Source: a virus (taxonomy: Duplodnaviria > Caudoviricetes). From it: a stretch of DNA of 64,000 bases. A program made the translations under genes and the position numbers. How positions within the stretch are numbered: the stretch's first letter is position 1; the number at the start of each line of letters is the position of its first letter. Under the pieces are notes generated by a model that worked only from the letters and a program-made list of their open reading frames with translations, did not search any database and was not told where the DNA came from. Where the stretch lies: the IMG/VR virus record IMGVR_UViG_2061766007_000959, one strand, 5' to 3'. This document shows, in pieces, positions 47,689-56,255 of this stretch.

Positions 47689-47873
47689 AACGTCTTACAA
47701 TCCACTACAACACTAAAAGCCGTCTTTACATAATGGAGTTCGACAACGACGGCACTAAATCATTAACCGCCGCGCCACGTTGGGTCAAGGACAACCGAAC
47801 ACTTGAAATGTGGCTTTCCGACAGAACATCCGACGGGACGTTCCCGAACGATGTCGAAATCATTTTCCAATAA
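47685..47873 (+). CDS. hypothetical protein
   Basis: ATGA overlap at 47685. Confidence 0.6.
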   Translation: MKRLTIHYNTKSRLYIMEFDNDGTKSLTAAPRWVKDNRTLEMWLSDRTSDGTFPNDVEIIFQ

Positions 47874-47924
47874 CAACGTAACGAAAAAGTTATTACATTT
47901 GCACCCGACAATAACAACAAAGAT

Positions 47925-49178
47925 ATGAGTGCGAACAAATCAGACCTTGAATACCAATGGCGTTTGACATCCACATTGTTGAACACCGAAACACAACAAC
48001 GTCTTCTTAAACCCACGGGACGTAACAACGAATACAAGAAATCCGACTACATAGCCGCGTTATCCAAAACGAACGCGTACAAACAACACGGTCACACACT
48101 ATCGACAGACCTGTCCGCCGCAGACATTTGGAACGCGCTCACACCGTCGGAACGATTCCGTCTGTCATTCCACACACCGTGCCTCGCACGCCCCATCGAC
48201 GACCTTAACCAATCGGAACAACACGACATATACACGAACCCCGATTGGGTGTTCACCGAGAAACACCGTGGAATACGCGCCGTCCTGATTGTAAACAACA
48301 ACGTCACGAACATCTATTCACGCAACTACGCTGACGACGGTTCACTAATCGACTACGCCAAACGCATAAGCCAACATCCGACATACGACGGCACATACGC
48401 GGTTGATGTCATGATTACACTGTCAGAACCGTTCGACATCACGGACGATTTAAGAAACCACAGCATCACGGCGGAATCACGCCCCGAACAAATCCTGGGT
48501 CTTATGTGTGTTGACACACCCGTCGCAATCGGACTACAGAACACTGCGAAACAACAATACGGAATAGATTTGATAACGTTCCGTCTAATCCACCCGTTAT
48601 ACCTGAACGGTATCAACTACCTTAAACACCCGCTCGGTGACGGAATGGACGTGTACGACGAAACAATCCGCATCGGACAACAAATCGGTCTTAACATACA
48701 ACCCGTACAACGTTGCAATGCGAAAACCGAAGCCGAGAAACGGGTCTTCCTTAAATCCATACTCGACAACAACGGGGACGGCGTGGTCGCACAAAACCGC
48801 AACGGGGTGTACGATACCACGGACAGGCGTAACAAATCGTCCTATGTCAAAATAAAACGCATCACCGACGACCGTATGGGCGACACCATAGACGCGTTCC
48901 TGACGGGGGTGGAAAACGGGAACATAATCCTTTCAATATACGAGGAACGTGACGGACAACGGTTCAGGCGCACCATCGCTAAAATCAAAACCCCGAAACG
49001 CGTCGAATCAGAACTGTACGCGGGCGCGGTTATCGAACTGACGGGAAGCGGGATAAACGCGTCGGGAATGATTGTACGACCCAAATTCGTTAAAATGCGG
49101 CACGACAAACTTTATAACAACTGCGTATATACGACGGAATTTTTACGGGCACAAAGAAATGTCGGGTTTCATTATTGA
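47925..49178 (+). CDS. ATP-dependent DNA ligase-like protein with altered catalytic motifs
   Basis: EKHRGIR, YSRN, GDGVV, YVKIK, RPKFVKMRHDK OB-fold end. Confidence 0.8.
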   Translation: MSANKSDLEYQWRLTSTLLNTETQQRLLKPTGRNNEYKKSDYIAALSKTNAYKQHGHTLSTDLSAADIWNALTPSERFRLSFHTPCLARPIDDLNQSEQHDIYTNPDWVFTEKHRGIRAVLIVNNNVTNIYSRNYADDGSLIDYAKRISQHPTYDGTYAVDVMITLSEPFDITDDLRNHSITAESRPEQILGLMCVDTPVAIGLQNTAKQQYGIDLITFRLIHPLYLNGINYLKHPLGDGMDVYDETIRIGQQIGLNIQPVQRCNAKTEAEKRVFLKSILDNNGDGVVAQNRNGVYDTTDRRNKSSYVKIKRITDDRMGDTIDAFLTGVENGNIILSIYEERDGQRFRRTIAKIKTPKRVESELYAGAVIELTGSGINASGMIVRPKFVKMRHDKLYNNCVYTTEFLRAQRNVGFHY

Positions 49179-49261
49179 TTTGGATAACCAATATTGGAAT
49201 CCCAAAAACGGGAAACCAATAAATTGATTTGGATATATGAAAAACAATGTATATGTTTGCA

Positions 49262-49466
49262 GTGTTCAAAGGTTAAATGGTGGCGACGAAACCACCGACA
49301 CATAAACGTATCGGTTTTTTTTATTGCCATTACATTTGAATTTACAAAAACGTGTTGTAAGTGTACGGGATTCGGTGACGACCCGTGAAAGTATAGACCA
49401 TTTAACTTTTGAACGGCACTTATGTAACACGTTTTTTTTTGTTTAACGTTCTAAAAATTAAATGGT
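49262..49466 (+). promoter_or_regulatory. structured leader of the antirepressor gene (c4-like antisense/attenuator architecture)
   Basis: Two TTAAATGGT copies and one internal complement; competing stem ending in a T run. Confidence 0.7.
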
Positions 49467-50339
49467 ATGAACGAACAAATCAAAATTTTCGAGAACCCGC
49501 AATTCGGTAAAATCCGAACATCGGGTACACCTGACGAACCGTTGTTTTGTCTTGCGGATGTGTGTAAGGTGTTAGACCTTCAACCAAGTAGGGTCAAAGA
49601 CCGTTTGAGTTGTGGGGTTATTTCAAGTAACCCCATCGTCGATTCACTTGGAAGACAACAATTTGCGACATTCATCAACGAAGACGGTTTGTACGATGTC
49701 ATTTTGGATAGCCGTAAACCCGAAGCGAAGGCGTTCCGCAAATGGGTCACATCGGAAATATTGCCGTCAATTCGCAAACACGGCGGTTACATCGCCACGA
49801 CCCCCGACGATACGCCCGAATTGATTATGGCACGCGCGTTGAAAATAGCCGACGCGACAATCAGGAAACACGAACAGGAATTGGCGGCGGCGCGTGAACA
49901 ACTGTCAATCGCCGAACATACGGTTGAAAAACAGAACCAGCAATTGACGGAACAAAAACCAAAGGTGGAATTTTATGACGCGGTTACGAAATCCGACGAC
50001 ACACTGTCGGTGGAATACGCCGCGAAGATTATCAACAAAAAAGTCATCGGTGTCCCCAATTTCGGTCGCAACAAACTGTTCAGTATATTACGCGAAACCG
50101 AAATCCTGTTCGGAAAGGGACGCAATATCCGCCCGTATCAAAAGTATATCGATTCGGGTTATTTCAAACTGTTGGAATACGCGTATGAGGACAAAAGGGG
50201 TGTCGGACGCGTCGGTGTGATGATTCGCGTGACACAAAAGGGTTTGGCGTACATAATCAAAACCATCAAAAAATACTACAACGACAAACGTGAATCCGAA
50301 CAACAAAACAAACCGATTCAATTACATTTAGGCATTTAA
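49467..50339 (+). CDS. antirepressor, Bro-N plus ANT/KilA-C domains
   Basis: FENPQFGKIRT..PLFCLADVC..SRKPEAKAFRKWVTSEILPSIRKHG; KPKVEFYD..GRNKLF..VTQKG. Confidence 0.92.
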   Translation: MNEQIKIFENPQFGKIRTSGTPDEPLFCLADVCKVLDLQPSRVKDRLSCGVISSNPIVDSLGRQQFATFINEDGLYDVILDSRKPEAKAFRKWVTSEILPSIRKHGGYIATTPDDTPELIMARALKIADATIRKHEQELAAAREQLSIAEHTVEKQNQQLTEQKPKVEFYDAVTKSDDTLSVEYAAKIINKKVIGVPNFGRNKLFSILRETEILFGKGRNIRPYQKYIDSGYFKLLEYAYEDKRGVGRVGVMIRVTQKGLAYIIKTIKKYYNDKRESEQQNKPIQLHLGI

Positions 50340-50397
50340 TCGGTACAACGTAACAAAACAATTATTACATTTGCACCCGATAACAACAATATGATTT

Positions 50398-51567
50398 ATG
50401 TCAGTAAACATCAAAGTACATAATTTCCAATCGATTACGGATGCGGACATCACCGTGGACGGGTTCACCATTCTTGTCGGTGAATCGTCACAGGGCAAAT
50501 CCGCGTGCATGCGTGCCGTGAACGCCGCGTGCAACAACCGATTCAAACAGGGATTTCTGAAATACGGGACGGATGAAATGCGAATCGACATCAAATATTC
50601 CGACGACGACCGCACATTATCCGTGACGAAGACTAAAAAGGATTCCCCGACGTACCAACTTGGTGACACCGTGTACCAAAAACTGAACCGCACCGTCCCG
50701 CCCGAAATAGACGATTTCAACGGGTTCGGGGTTATTGACAACTACGAACAAAAATACCAATTAAACTTTTTCACACAGTTCAGTAAACCGTTGTTGTTGG
50801 AGTTTTCACAGAAACGCATTCTTGAGATTCTTTCATCGTCAAAGGCGTTCGACGACATGAACGATGCGGTTTCCAAACTGAACAAAAAGAAAGAACAGAA
50901 CAACGGCGCGTTCAAACAACTGTCACAGATGATAACGGACAACAAGACACAATTGTCGTCGTTATCGGAACGGGAATCCGCGATACACGATAACATCGCC
51001 ACGGTCGCCGAACACATGGAACGCCTGAAGGAACGCGAGAAACAAACGCAGACGGTCGAAGAATTGTCGGGGTTGGAAAACGCACGTCGGGAAACCGAAA
51101 CACGGATTAAGGATTTGAAAATCGTCATCGCGCATTGCGAACAAATTTCGGACGTGAAAGATGAAATCAAACGTTTGGACGAATTGAACGGTTACGTCAC
51201 CGAACAAACGGAATCCGAGAAACGCCAAGAAAACACCCAGAAACGAATATCACTGTGTGAACGGTATATTTCCCTATCCGAACGGAAAAAGTCCAACAGA
51301 ACGGATTTAATCACGGAATTGGAAAACCTTATCACGGAATCCCGTTCCGCGCAACCACGGATAAAACGGTTGTCCGAAACGGTCAAAACCGCCGAACGAT
51401 GCGTCAACCTGACCCGACGCGTGAACGAAACGTCCGACGGGATAAACCGACTTACGCGCCTGTCCGAACTGATGGACGCGTGCCGAACCGCGCAAAAGAC
51501 GATACGTGAAAAACAAAACATGATAGACAACCACATCTGCCCCGTATGCGGGAACAAAATGGTGTGA
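50398..51567 (+). CDS. Rad50/SbcC-like ATPase, N-terminal half (Walker A, coiled coil, Zn hook)
   Basis: VHNFQSI, GESSQGKS, terminal CPVCG. Confidence 0.88.
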   Translation: MSVNIKVHNFQSITDADITVDGFTILVGESSQGKSACMRAVNAACNNRFKQGFLKYGTDEMRIDIKYSDDDRTLSVTKTKKDSPTYQLGDTVYQKLNRTVPPEIDDFNGFGVIDNYEQKYQLNFFTQFSKPLLLEFSQKRILEILSSSKAFDDMNDAVSKLNKKKEQNNGAFKQLSQMITDNKTQLSSLSERESAIHDNIATVAEHMERLKEREKQTQTVEELSGLENARRETETRIKDLKIVIAHCEQISDVKDEIKRLDELNGYVTEQTESEKRQENTQKRISLCERYISLSERKKSNRTDLITELENLITESRSAQPRIKRLSETVKTAERCVNLTRRVNETSDGINRLTRLSELMDACRTAQKTIREKQNMIDNHICPVCGNKMV

Positions 51568-51622
51568 TTACGATTTGAAAGCAAAAACAACAATTCAATA
51601 ACAATTTAAAAGTGAAAACACG

Positions 51623-51859
51623 ATGGACGTTGAAAAAATCTACAAAGACACGAAAGCGGAATTGGAACGCCTGAACACGGAACAGGCAATCCGCGTTGAG
51701 AAAATCAAAACCCTGGCGGCGGAGTTCGGTTTCACGGTTGACGGCACACTGTCAACCAACGTGTCCGCGAAACGCGCGGAATTGGAACAGGAAAAAGCCG
51801 AATTGGAATCCGAACTTCAATCCGTATTACTCGAACTTGAAAAAACGCAGACTGAATGA
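51623..51859 (+). CDS. small coiled-coil protein between the Rad50/SbcC halves
   Basis: Heptad pattern; coupled to next gene. Confidence 0.7.
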   Translation: MDVEKIYKDTKAELERLNTEQAIRVEKIKTLAAEFGFTVDGTLSTNVSAKRAELEQEKAELESELQSVLLELEKTQTE

Positions 51860-52452
51860 ACCCCGAACTTGAACGACGCGCCAACGCGCAACTGTTACGT
51901 CATAACGAACTGACGAACGACATACGCCGCGTCCAATCCGTCATCGACAACGCGGAACAATCCCTCGTCGGGATAAACCGCGAACGGGAATTGATAGAAC
52001 GTTCCCTGTTGGCTTTGAAACAGGTGCGCCCGTTACTGTCAGGTTCGTCGATAAAGGAATGTGAGGAATTGGCGAACGCCGCGATACGGTCGATATTCAA
52101 TTTCGATTACACGGTGGAATACGACATGGAATCCAACCGATTCGTCCTGAACAAAGGCGACTATTCGACGGATTTGTCGGAAGCCGAGGGCGGCGGAATA
52201 ATAACCGTCATATCGTTTGTGTTCCTTGTTTATCTGATAGTGAAACTGAACCGACGCAGAATCATTTTCTTGGACGAAGCGTTCACACAGGTGTCGGATT
52301 CCTATTTCGGGGCGTTCATCGGGTTCGTGAACGAACTGTGCGGTGATTTGGGTTTCGACCTGTTGTTGGTGTCACACGACCAACGCATAACGGCGGACGA
52401 CGTTCGGCATGTTTACCAAATCGCGGACGGGAAATCGAAACGGGTGAAGTAA
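51856..52452 (+). CDS. Rad50/SbcC-like ATPase, C-terminal half
   Basis: Signature EGGG, Walker B IIFLDEAF, H-loop VSHD. Confidence 0.88.
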   Translation: MNPELERRANAQLLRHNELTNDIRRVQSVIDNAEQSLVGINRERELIERSLLALKQVRPLLSGSSIKECEELANAAIRSIFNFDYTVEYDMESNRFVLNKGDYSTDLSEAEGGGIITVISFVFLVYLIVKLNRRRIIFLDEAFTQVSDSYFGAFIGFVNELCGDLGFDLLLVSHDQRITADDVRHVYQIADGKSKRVK

Positions 52453-52562
52453 TAAATTGAAAGTAAAAACGGGTGTTTTGATTACGATTTAAAACTTACA
52501 CTTCGAGAATCGTTAATAAAAATTGAAAGCAAAACGGGGTGTTTTGATTACAAATTGAAAGT
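52450..52562 (+). repeat. ATTGAAAG boxes at 32-34 bp spacing (66-bp duplicated unit); related copies at 51567-51620 and 54078-54187
   Basis: Boxes at 52456, 52488 (variant), 52522, 52554, 54081, 54147, 54179. Confidence 0.8.
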
Positions 52563-52587
52563 TCATATCGTTTTAGTTTAACAGTCA

Positions 52588-52628
52588 GGGCGGCGTTCGG
52601 TTGACAATCGGATGCCGCCCGTCATTTA
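52588..52628 (+). terminator. GC-rich hairpin, probable terminator
   Basis: GGGCGGCGTTCGGTT...AATCGGATGCCGCCC. Confidence 0.6.
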
Positions 52629-52757
52629 TATATACGCGCGAACCCCGTTGCACCCCAACCAAATGTAAATTTTTACCAAAATGTAAAATTTTCCACAAAA
52701 TTGTTTGTTAATTAAATGTAAATTTTTACATTTGCCCCCGTCAAAAAACATTTGAAT

Positions 52758-53111
52758 ATGGAAAACAACAACAAAACGACCGAATACAACGGTTACACAA
52801 TCGAACGCCGTTCGGACGGCAAGTTCAACGCCACGGGATTCCTGAAACAGTGGAATGTGTCGGCGGACGTGAAGAAACGGACAGACGTGTTCCTTCGCGC
52901 CGATTCCACCAAGACGTTCGTCAACGGCGGAGGTGAGGGTTACGACCCCGTGTCCGTGGTTTGCGAACGCAGGGAGAACACCCGTTCCACGTTAACGCTG
53001 TGGTTCGAGGAACAACTGTTCATGCTGTTCCTTATGTGGTTAGACCCCCGATACGGAATAGGGTTCATACGCGGGTTTGACAAGACGTTCGGTAACGGAC
53101 ATAATGTTTAA
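52758..53111 (+). CDS. KilA-N domain protein
   Basis: YNGYTIERRSDGKFNATGFLK...W....FLMWLDP. Confidence 0.8.
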   Translation: MENNNKTTEYNGYTIERRSDGKFNATGFLKQWNVSADVKKRTDVFLRADSTKTFVNGGGEGYDPVSVVCERRENTRSTLTLWFEEQLFMLFLMWLDPRYGIGFIRGFDKTFGNGHNV

Positions 53112-53129
53112 CAACAATAAAAAAGTATC

Positions 53130-53819
53130 ATGGAATTAAAAATCGAAAAAGACGAAAAGTTCGGCACAGTCCGAACGACAAAGGACAACGGCAACCCGAA
53201 ACTCGAGGGTGATTTGCTTTACTGTGTGGACGACATCTGTGACAAACTTGGTGTCGATATGGAATGGGCGTGCGACACGATGGGGCGCGGTTTCGTGTTC
53301 CCGTACACGTTCGACGGCGTGACGTTGAAATTCACAATCAAATACGCCATCGACAAACTGTTCGACACGTTGTGCGCGATGTCGTTGAACGGGAAATCCA
53401 CAATCCCGATTGACTATGTTAAGGAATACGCGGTGTGGCTGTTCCGAATAGACGAACACGATTTGGTGATGTCGGTGACACCCGAACATGAGGTGTTCCT
53501 GACGGAAAACGACCTTATGACCGTTTACGGAATCGAGGTGGTCATGTGCGACCCGAACGGGCGGAATATCGGCACGAGGGAACTTGACACGTTCGGTGAC
53601 AAAGAAACCGCGCACACGTTCCTGCGCGAATACAGCAAACGCGTCACGGGTTGGGTGTTGGAACAAAACAAGTTCGACGACGGCGTGTCGCTTCATCGGT
53701 ACAACCCCGACGGGACGGCGACGCGTATGTTGGTCAAACCGAAAGCCGTGTTCAAAAGTTGGGACGCGTACATAAACAAATATTCCGATATGATAAGGAT
53801 ATGTGATTTAAAATTTTAG
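53130..53819 (+). CDS. protein with divergent Bro-N-like N-terminus
   Basis: KFGTVRT...YCVDDICDKLG resembles 49467 N-terminus. Confidence 0.55.
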   Translation: MELKIEKDEKFGTVRTTKDNGNPKLEGDLLYCVDDICDKLGVDMEWACDTMGRGFVFPYTFDGVTLKFTIKYAIDKLFDTLCAMSLNGKSTIPIDYVKEYAVWLFRIDEHDLVMSVTPEHEVFLTENDLMTVYGIEVVMCDPNGRNIGTRELDTFGDKETAHTFLREYSKRVTGWVLEQNKFDDGVSLHRYNPDGTATRMLVKPKAVFKSWDAYINKYSDMIRICDLKF

Positions 53820-53869
53820 GAATCATGTGACATTTAATTAATAACTACTAACTCAAATCTTTTTTAAAA

Positions 53870-54067
53870 ATGAAACGATTGTTACTAACCATTATCCTGA
53901 TTGCGGCGGTGTCCGTGGCATCGGGAGCGTGTTGCGGGACGGCGACTGCGGCTGACCGACCCAACACGAAGGCGGTGAAAACCGCAAAGCAAAAACACGC
54001 GTCGGCGTACAAACCGTGTACGGGTTCGAGGTGCGCAATCCCGAAACGGAAACACGCCAAGCGGTGA
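53870..54067 (+). CDS. small secreted or lipid-anchored cationic Cys-containing peptide
   Basis: MKRLLLTIILIAAVSVASGAC signal peptide. Confidence 0.6.
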   Translation: MKRLLLTIILIAAVSVASGACCGTATAADRPNTKAVKTAKQKHASAYKPCTGSRCAIPKRKHAKR

Positions 54068-54190
54068 TTCAAAGTTACGGATTGAAAGTGAAACACGGGT
54101 TTTTACTTTCAATCCGTTTCATTTTTCCAACAGGATGTTAATAAAAATTGAAAGCAAAATAGGGTATTTTACTTACAAATTGAAAGTACA

Positions 54191-54523
54191 ATGGATATGA
54201 AAGACAAATTCACGGTGTTCGGGACGGAATACACAATCAACGAAACGGAATCCCCGACCCCGCTCGAGGACGGGTCGTCGCAATACGCCGTGTGCAAAAG
54301 CCAGGAATACACGGTCGAATTGACGCGGACGACGGTTGAGGGGAAACCGATACCGACAAGCGAACGTGAAAAAATGTTGGTGCATGAAATTATGCACGCG
54401 ATATTGAACGAGGGCGCGTACACGGACGAATCCAACAACGAACGGTTGGTGGAATGGTTGGCGCGTAACGTGTACGACATATTCGTGATACAGGACATTC
54501 TTAACAAACAGTCACACGTATGA
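54191..54523 (+). CDS. HExxH zincin-like small protein
   Basis: LVHEIMHAI...NERLV. Confidence 0.75.
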   Translation: MDMKDKFTVFGTEYTINETESPTPLEDGSSQYAVCKSQEYTVELTRTTVEGKPIPTSEREKMLVHEIMHAILNEGAYTDESNNERLVEWLARNVYDIFVIQDILNKQSHV

Positions 54524-54690
54524 ACGCAAAAGCCTTTTTTGATTTGGTTTCCGACATGCGGAAACTCCAACGGGAATATTTCGCAACCCGCGACACCTGT
54601 GTCTTGACCGCATCCAAACGCGTCGAAAAACAGGTTGACGACGAAATCGAACGCGTGAACAAAATTTTGGAACAACATGGTACAACGTAA
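54520..54690 (+). CDS. 56-aa hypothetical protein (not in ORF track)
   Basis: ATGA overlap; MRKLQREYF...EKQVDDEI. Confidence 0.65.
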   Translation: MNAKAFFDLVSDMRKLQREYFATRDTCVLTASKRVEKQVDDEIERVNKILEQHGTT

Positions 54691-54742
54691 TAAAACTATT
54701 ATTACATTTGCCGACGTTTAATCACAAAAAAACAACAAAGCA

Positions 54743-55042
54743 ATGGAAAAGAACAAGACATTCGATTTGGTGAAATCGATATTGGAAAACGACCCCGACA
54801 CACGGGATGACGATTTCGCCCTGATTTACAAAGTGGCGGAACATTATGGTTTGGAAGATTGTTCGTTCGGATATGCGTTGAAGTGTTGGAAGACGGAAAG
54901 GATGCCGTCGTTCGAGGCTATCACCCGCGCACGGCGCAAGGTTCAGGAATTGAACCCGTCGCTGTGTTCCGAGGAACGTATCGCGGAAATGCGCCGCAAA
55001 CAGGAAAGGAAGTATCACGATTTTTATTCGGCGAACAAATGA
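54743..55042 (+). CDS. hypothetical protein
   Basis: PDTRDDD...EAITRARRKVQE motif. Confidence 0.7.
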   Translation: MEKNKTFDLVKSILENDPDTRDDDFALIYKVAEHYGLEDCSFGYALKCWKTERMPSFEAITRARRKVQELNPSLCSEERIAEMRRKQERKYHDFYSANK

Positions 55043-55902
55043 CGAAATTCGTATTCATAACCGATTTGCACATAACGTCCGTGTGCAACGTCCGAACGGG
55101 CGACGTGTTGGACGACATATGTAAGAAACTTGATTATGTCGTCGGGTACGCGAACGACAACGGCATGCCGATTGTGATTGGTGGTGACGTGTTTGACAAA
55201 CCCACCGTCCCCGATTTCGTGAAAGCGGCTGTCGGGCGCGTGTTCAGAAAAGCCGTGAACCCGATATACACGATAAACGGAAACCACGACACACTGTACA
55301 ACAACGACGAGTTCAACGTCAGAACGTCATACAACCTTTTCTGTGAAATGGGTTTGTTCACCGATTTCACGGGCGGACGTGTCTTGGGGGGTTGTGTCCT
55401 GACGAACGAATTACCCCTTAAAACGAACGGGAAACCGACGGTGTGTGTGTACCACGGTTTTTGGAACATCGACGACGGACGATGGTGTTGTAAGACGGAT
55501 GATGTCGTCGGGACGGCGGACGAAACGTTGGTGTTGTTGGGACACGACCATACCGTGTACGCTGACGAAATGGTCGGTGAAAACATACGTGTCGTGCGCC
55601 CAGGGTCTTTTCTGCGGGGGATTCGTATCGACGAACAGAACAGAACACCGATGATGGCGGTTTGTTCGTTGGTTGACGGGAAATGGGTCGTGGAATACGA
55701 ACCGATAAAATGCCGTCCCGCGTCGGAGATATTCACGGCGAAACAGTACGCGATGAAGGCGACCGAGGTTCGGGATTCGTATGCGGACATTATCGAACGT
55801 TTGAAAACCGCGCGGACGGGTGAAATGACGTTGGAGGACGCGTTAAAGGAAGTGACTGAACAGGAAATAGTGGATTACATAAACTTATGTTTGGGGGAAT
55901 AG
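55039..55902 (+). CDS. Mre11/SbcD-like metallophosphoesterase nuclease
   Basis: DLH, GGDVFD, GNHD, HG, GHDH, PGS motifs. Confidence 0.9.
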   Translation: MTKFVFITDLHITSVCNVRTGDVLDDICKKLDYVVGYANDNGMPIVIGGDVFDKPTVPDFVKAAVGRVFRKAVNPIYTINGNHDTLYNNDEFNVRTSYNLFCEMGLFTDFTGGRVLGGCVLTNELPLKTNGKPTVCVYHGFWNIDDGRWCCKTDDVVGTADETLVLLGHDHTVYADEMVGENIRVVRPGSFLRGIRIDEQNRTPMMAVCSLVDGKWVVEYEPIKCRPASEIFTAKQYAMKATEVRDSYADIIERLKTARTGEMTLEDALKEVTEQEIVDYINLCLGE

Positions 55903-55905
55903 ACT

Positions 55906-56151
55906 ATGGGACACGTATTAAATGAAACCAAAGCAAGAGAGATAGCAAAGTCAAATGGTATCAACTATAAAAATCATTCAAAGTATGAAGATGATATGGA
56001 TTCTACGTTAGAATGTTATAAATCCGCACTTGAAGCGATGGATTGGAAAGATGAGCAAGAAATTGAGTTTCTGCAAAGCCTTATGTTCCACGCAACGTAT
56101 TATATCGTTGATAGAATCAACGAAAGGATAAAATTATTGAAAGGAGAATAG
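55906..56151 (+). CDS. hypothetical protein (paralogue of 56541)
   Basis: WKDEQEIEFLQSLMF...RIKLLKGE. Confidence 0.75.
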   Translation: MGHVLNETKAREIAKSNGINYKNHSKYEDDMDSTLECYKSALEAMDWKDEQEIEFLQSLMFHATYYIVDRINERIKLLKGE

Positions 56152-56255
56152 AACTATGAACAACAAACACAATAAAATCATACCAACGCAACAAGACGTA
56201 TTTAAAATTAAATATGCTGCACACCAATGGTATCAAATAAAAAGGAGAATAAACT

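Noticed and set aside
52450-52562. CRISPR mini-array (66-bp period, ATTGAAAG ends)
   Set aside because: The intervening sequences resemble each other instead of being unique spacers, the repeats are degenerate, and no cas genes are present.
45781-53819. Lysogeny module (repressor plus antirepressors)
   Set aside because: No integrase, partition genes or divergent cI/cro arrangement in the window; Bro-N and KilA-N genes also occur in lytic phages.
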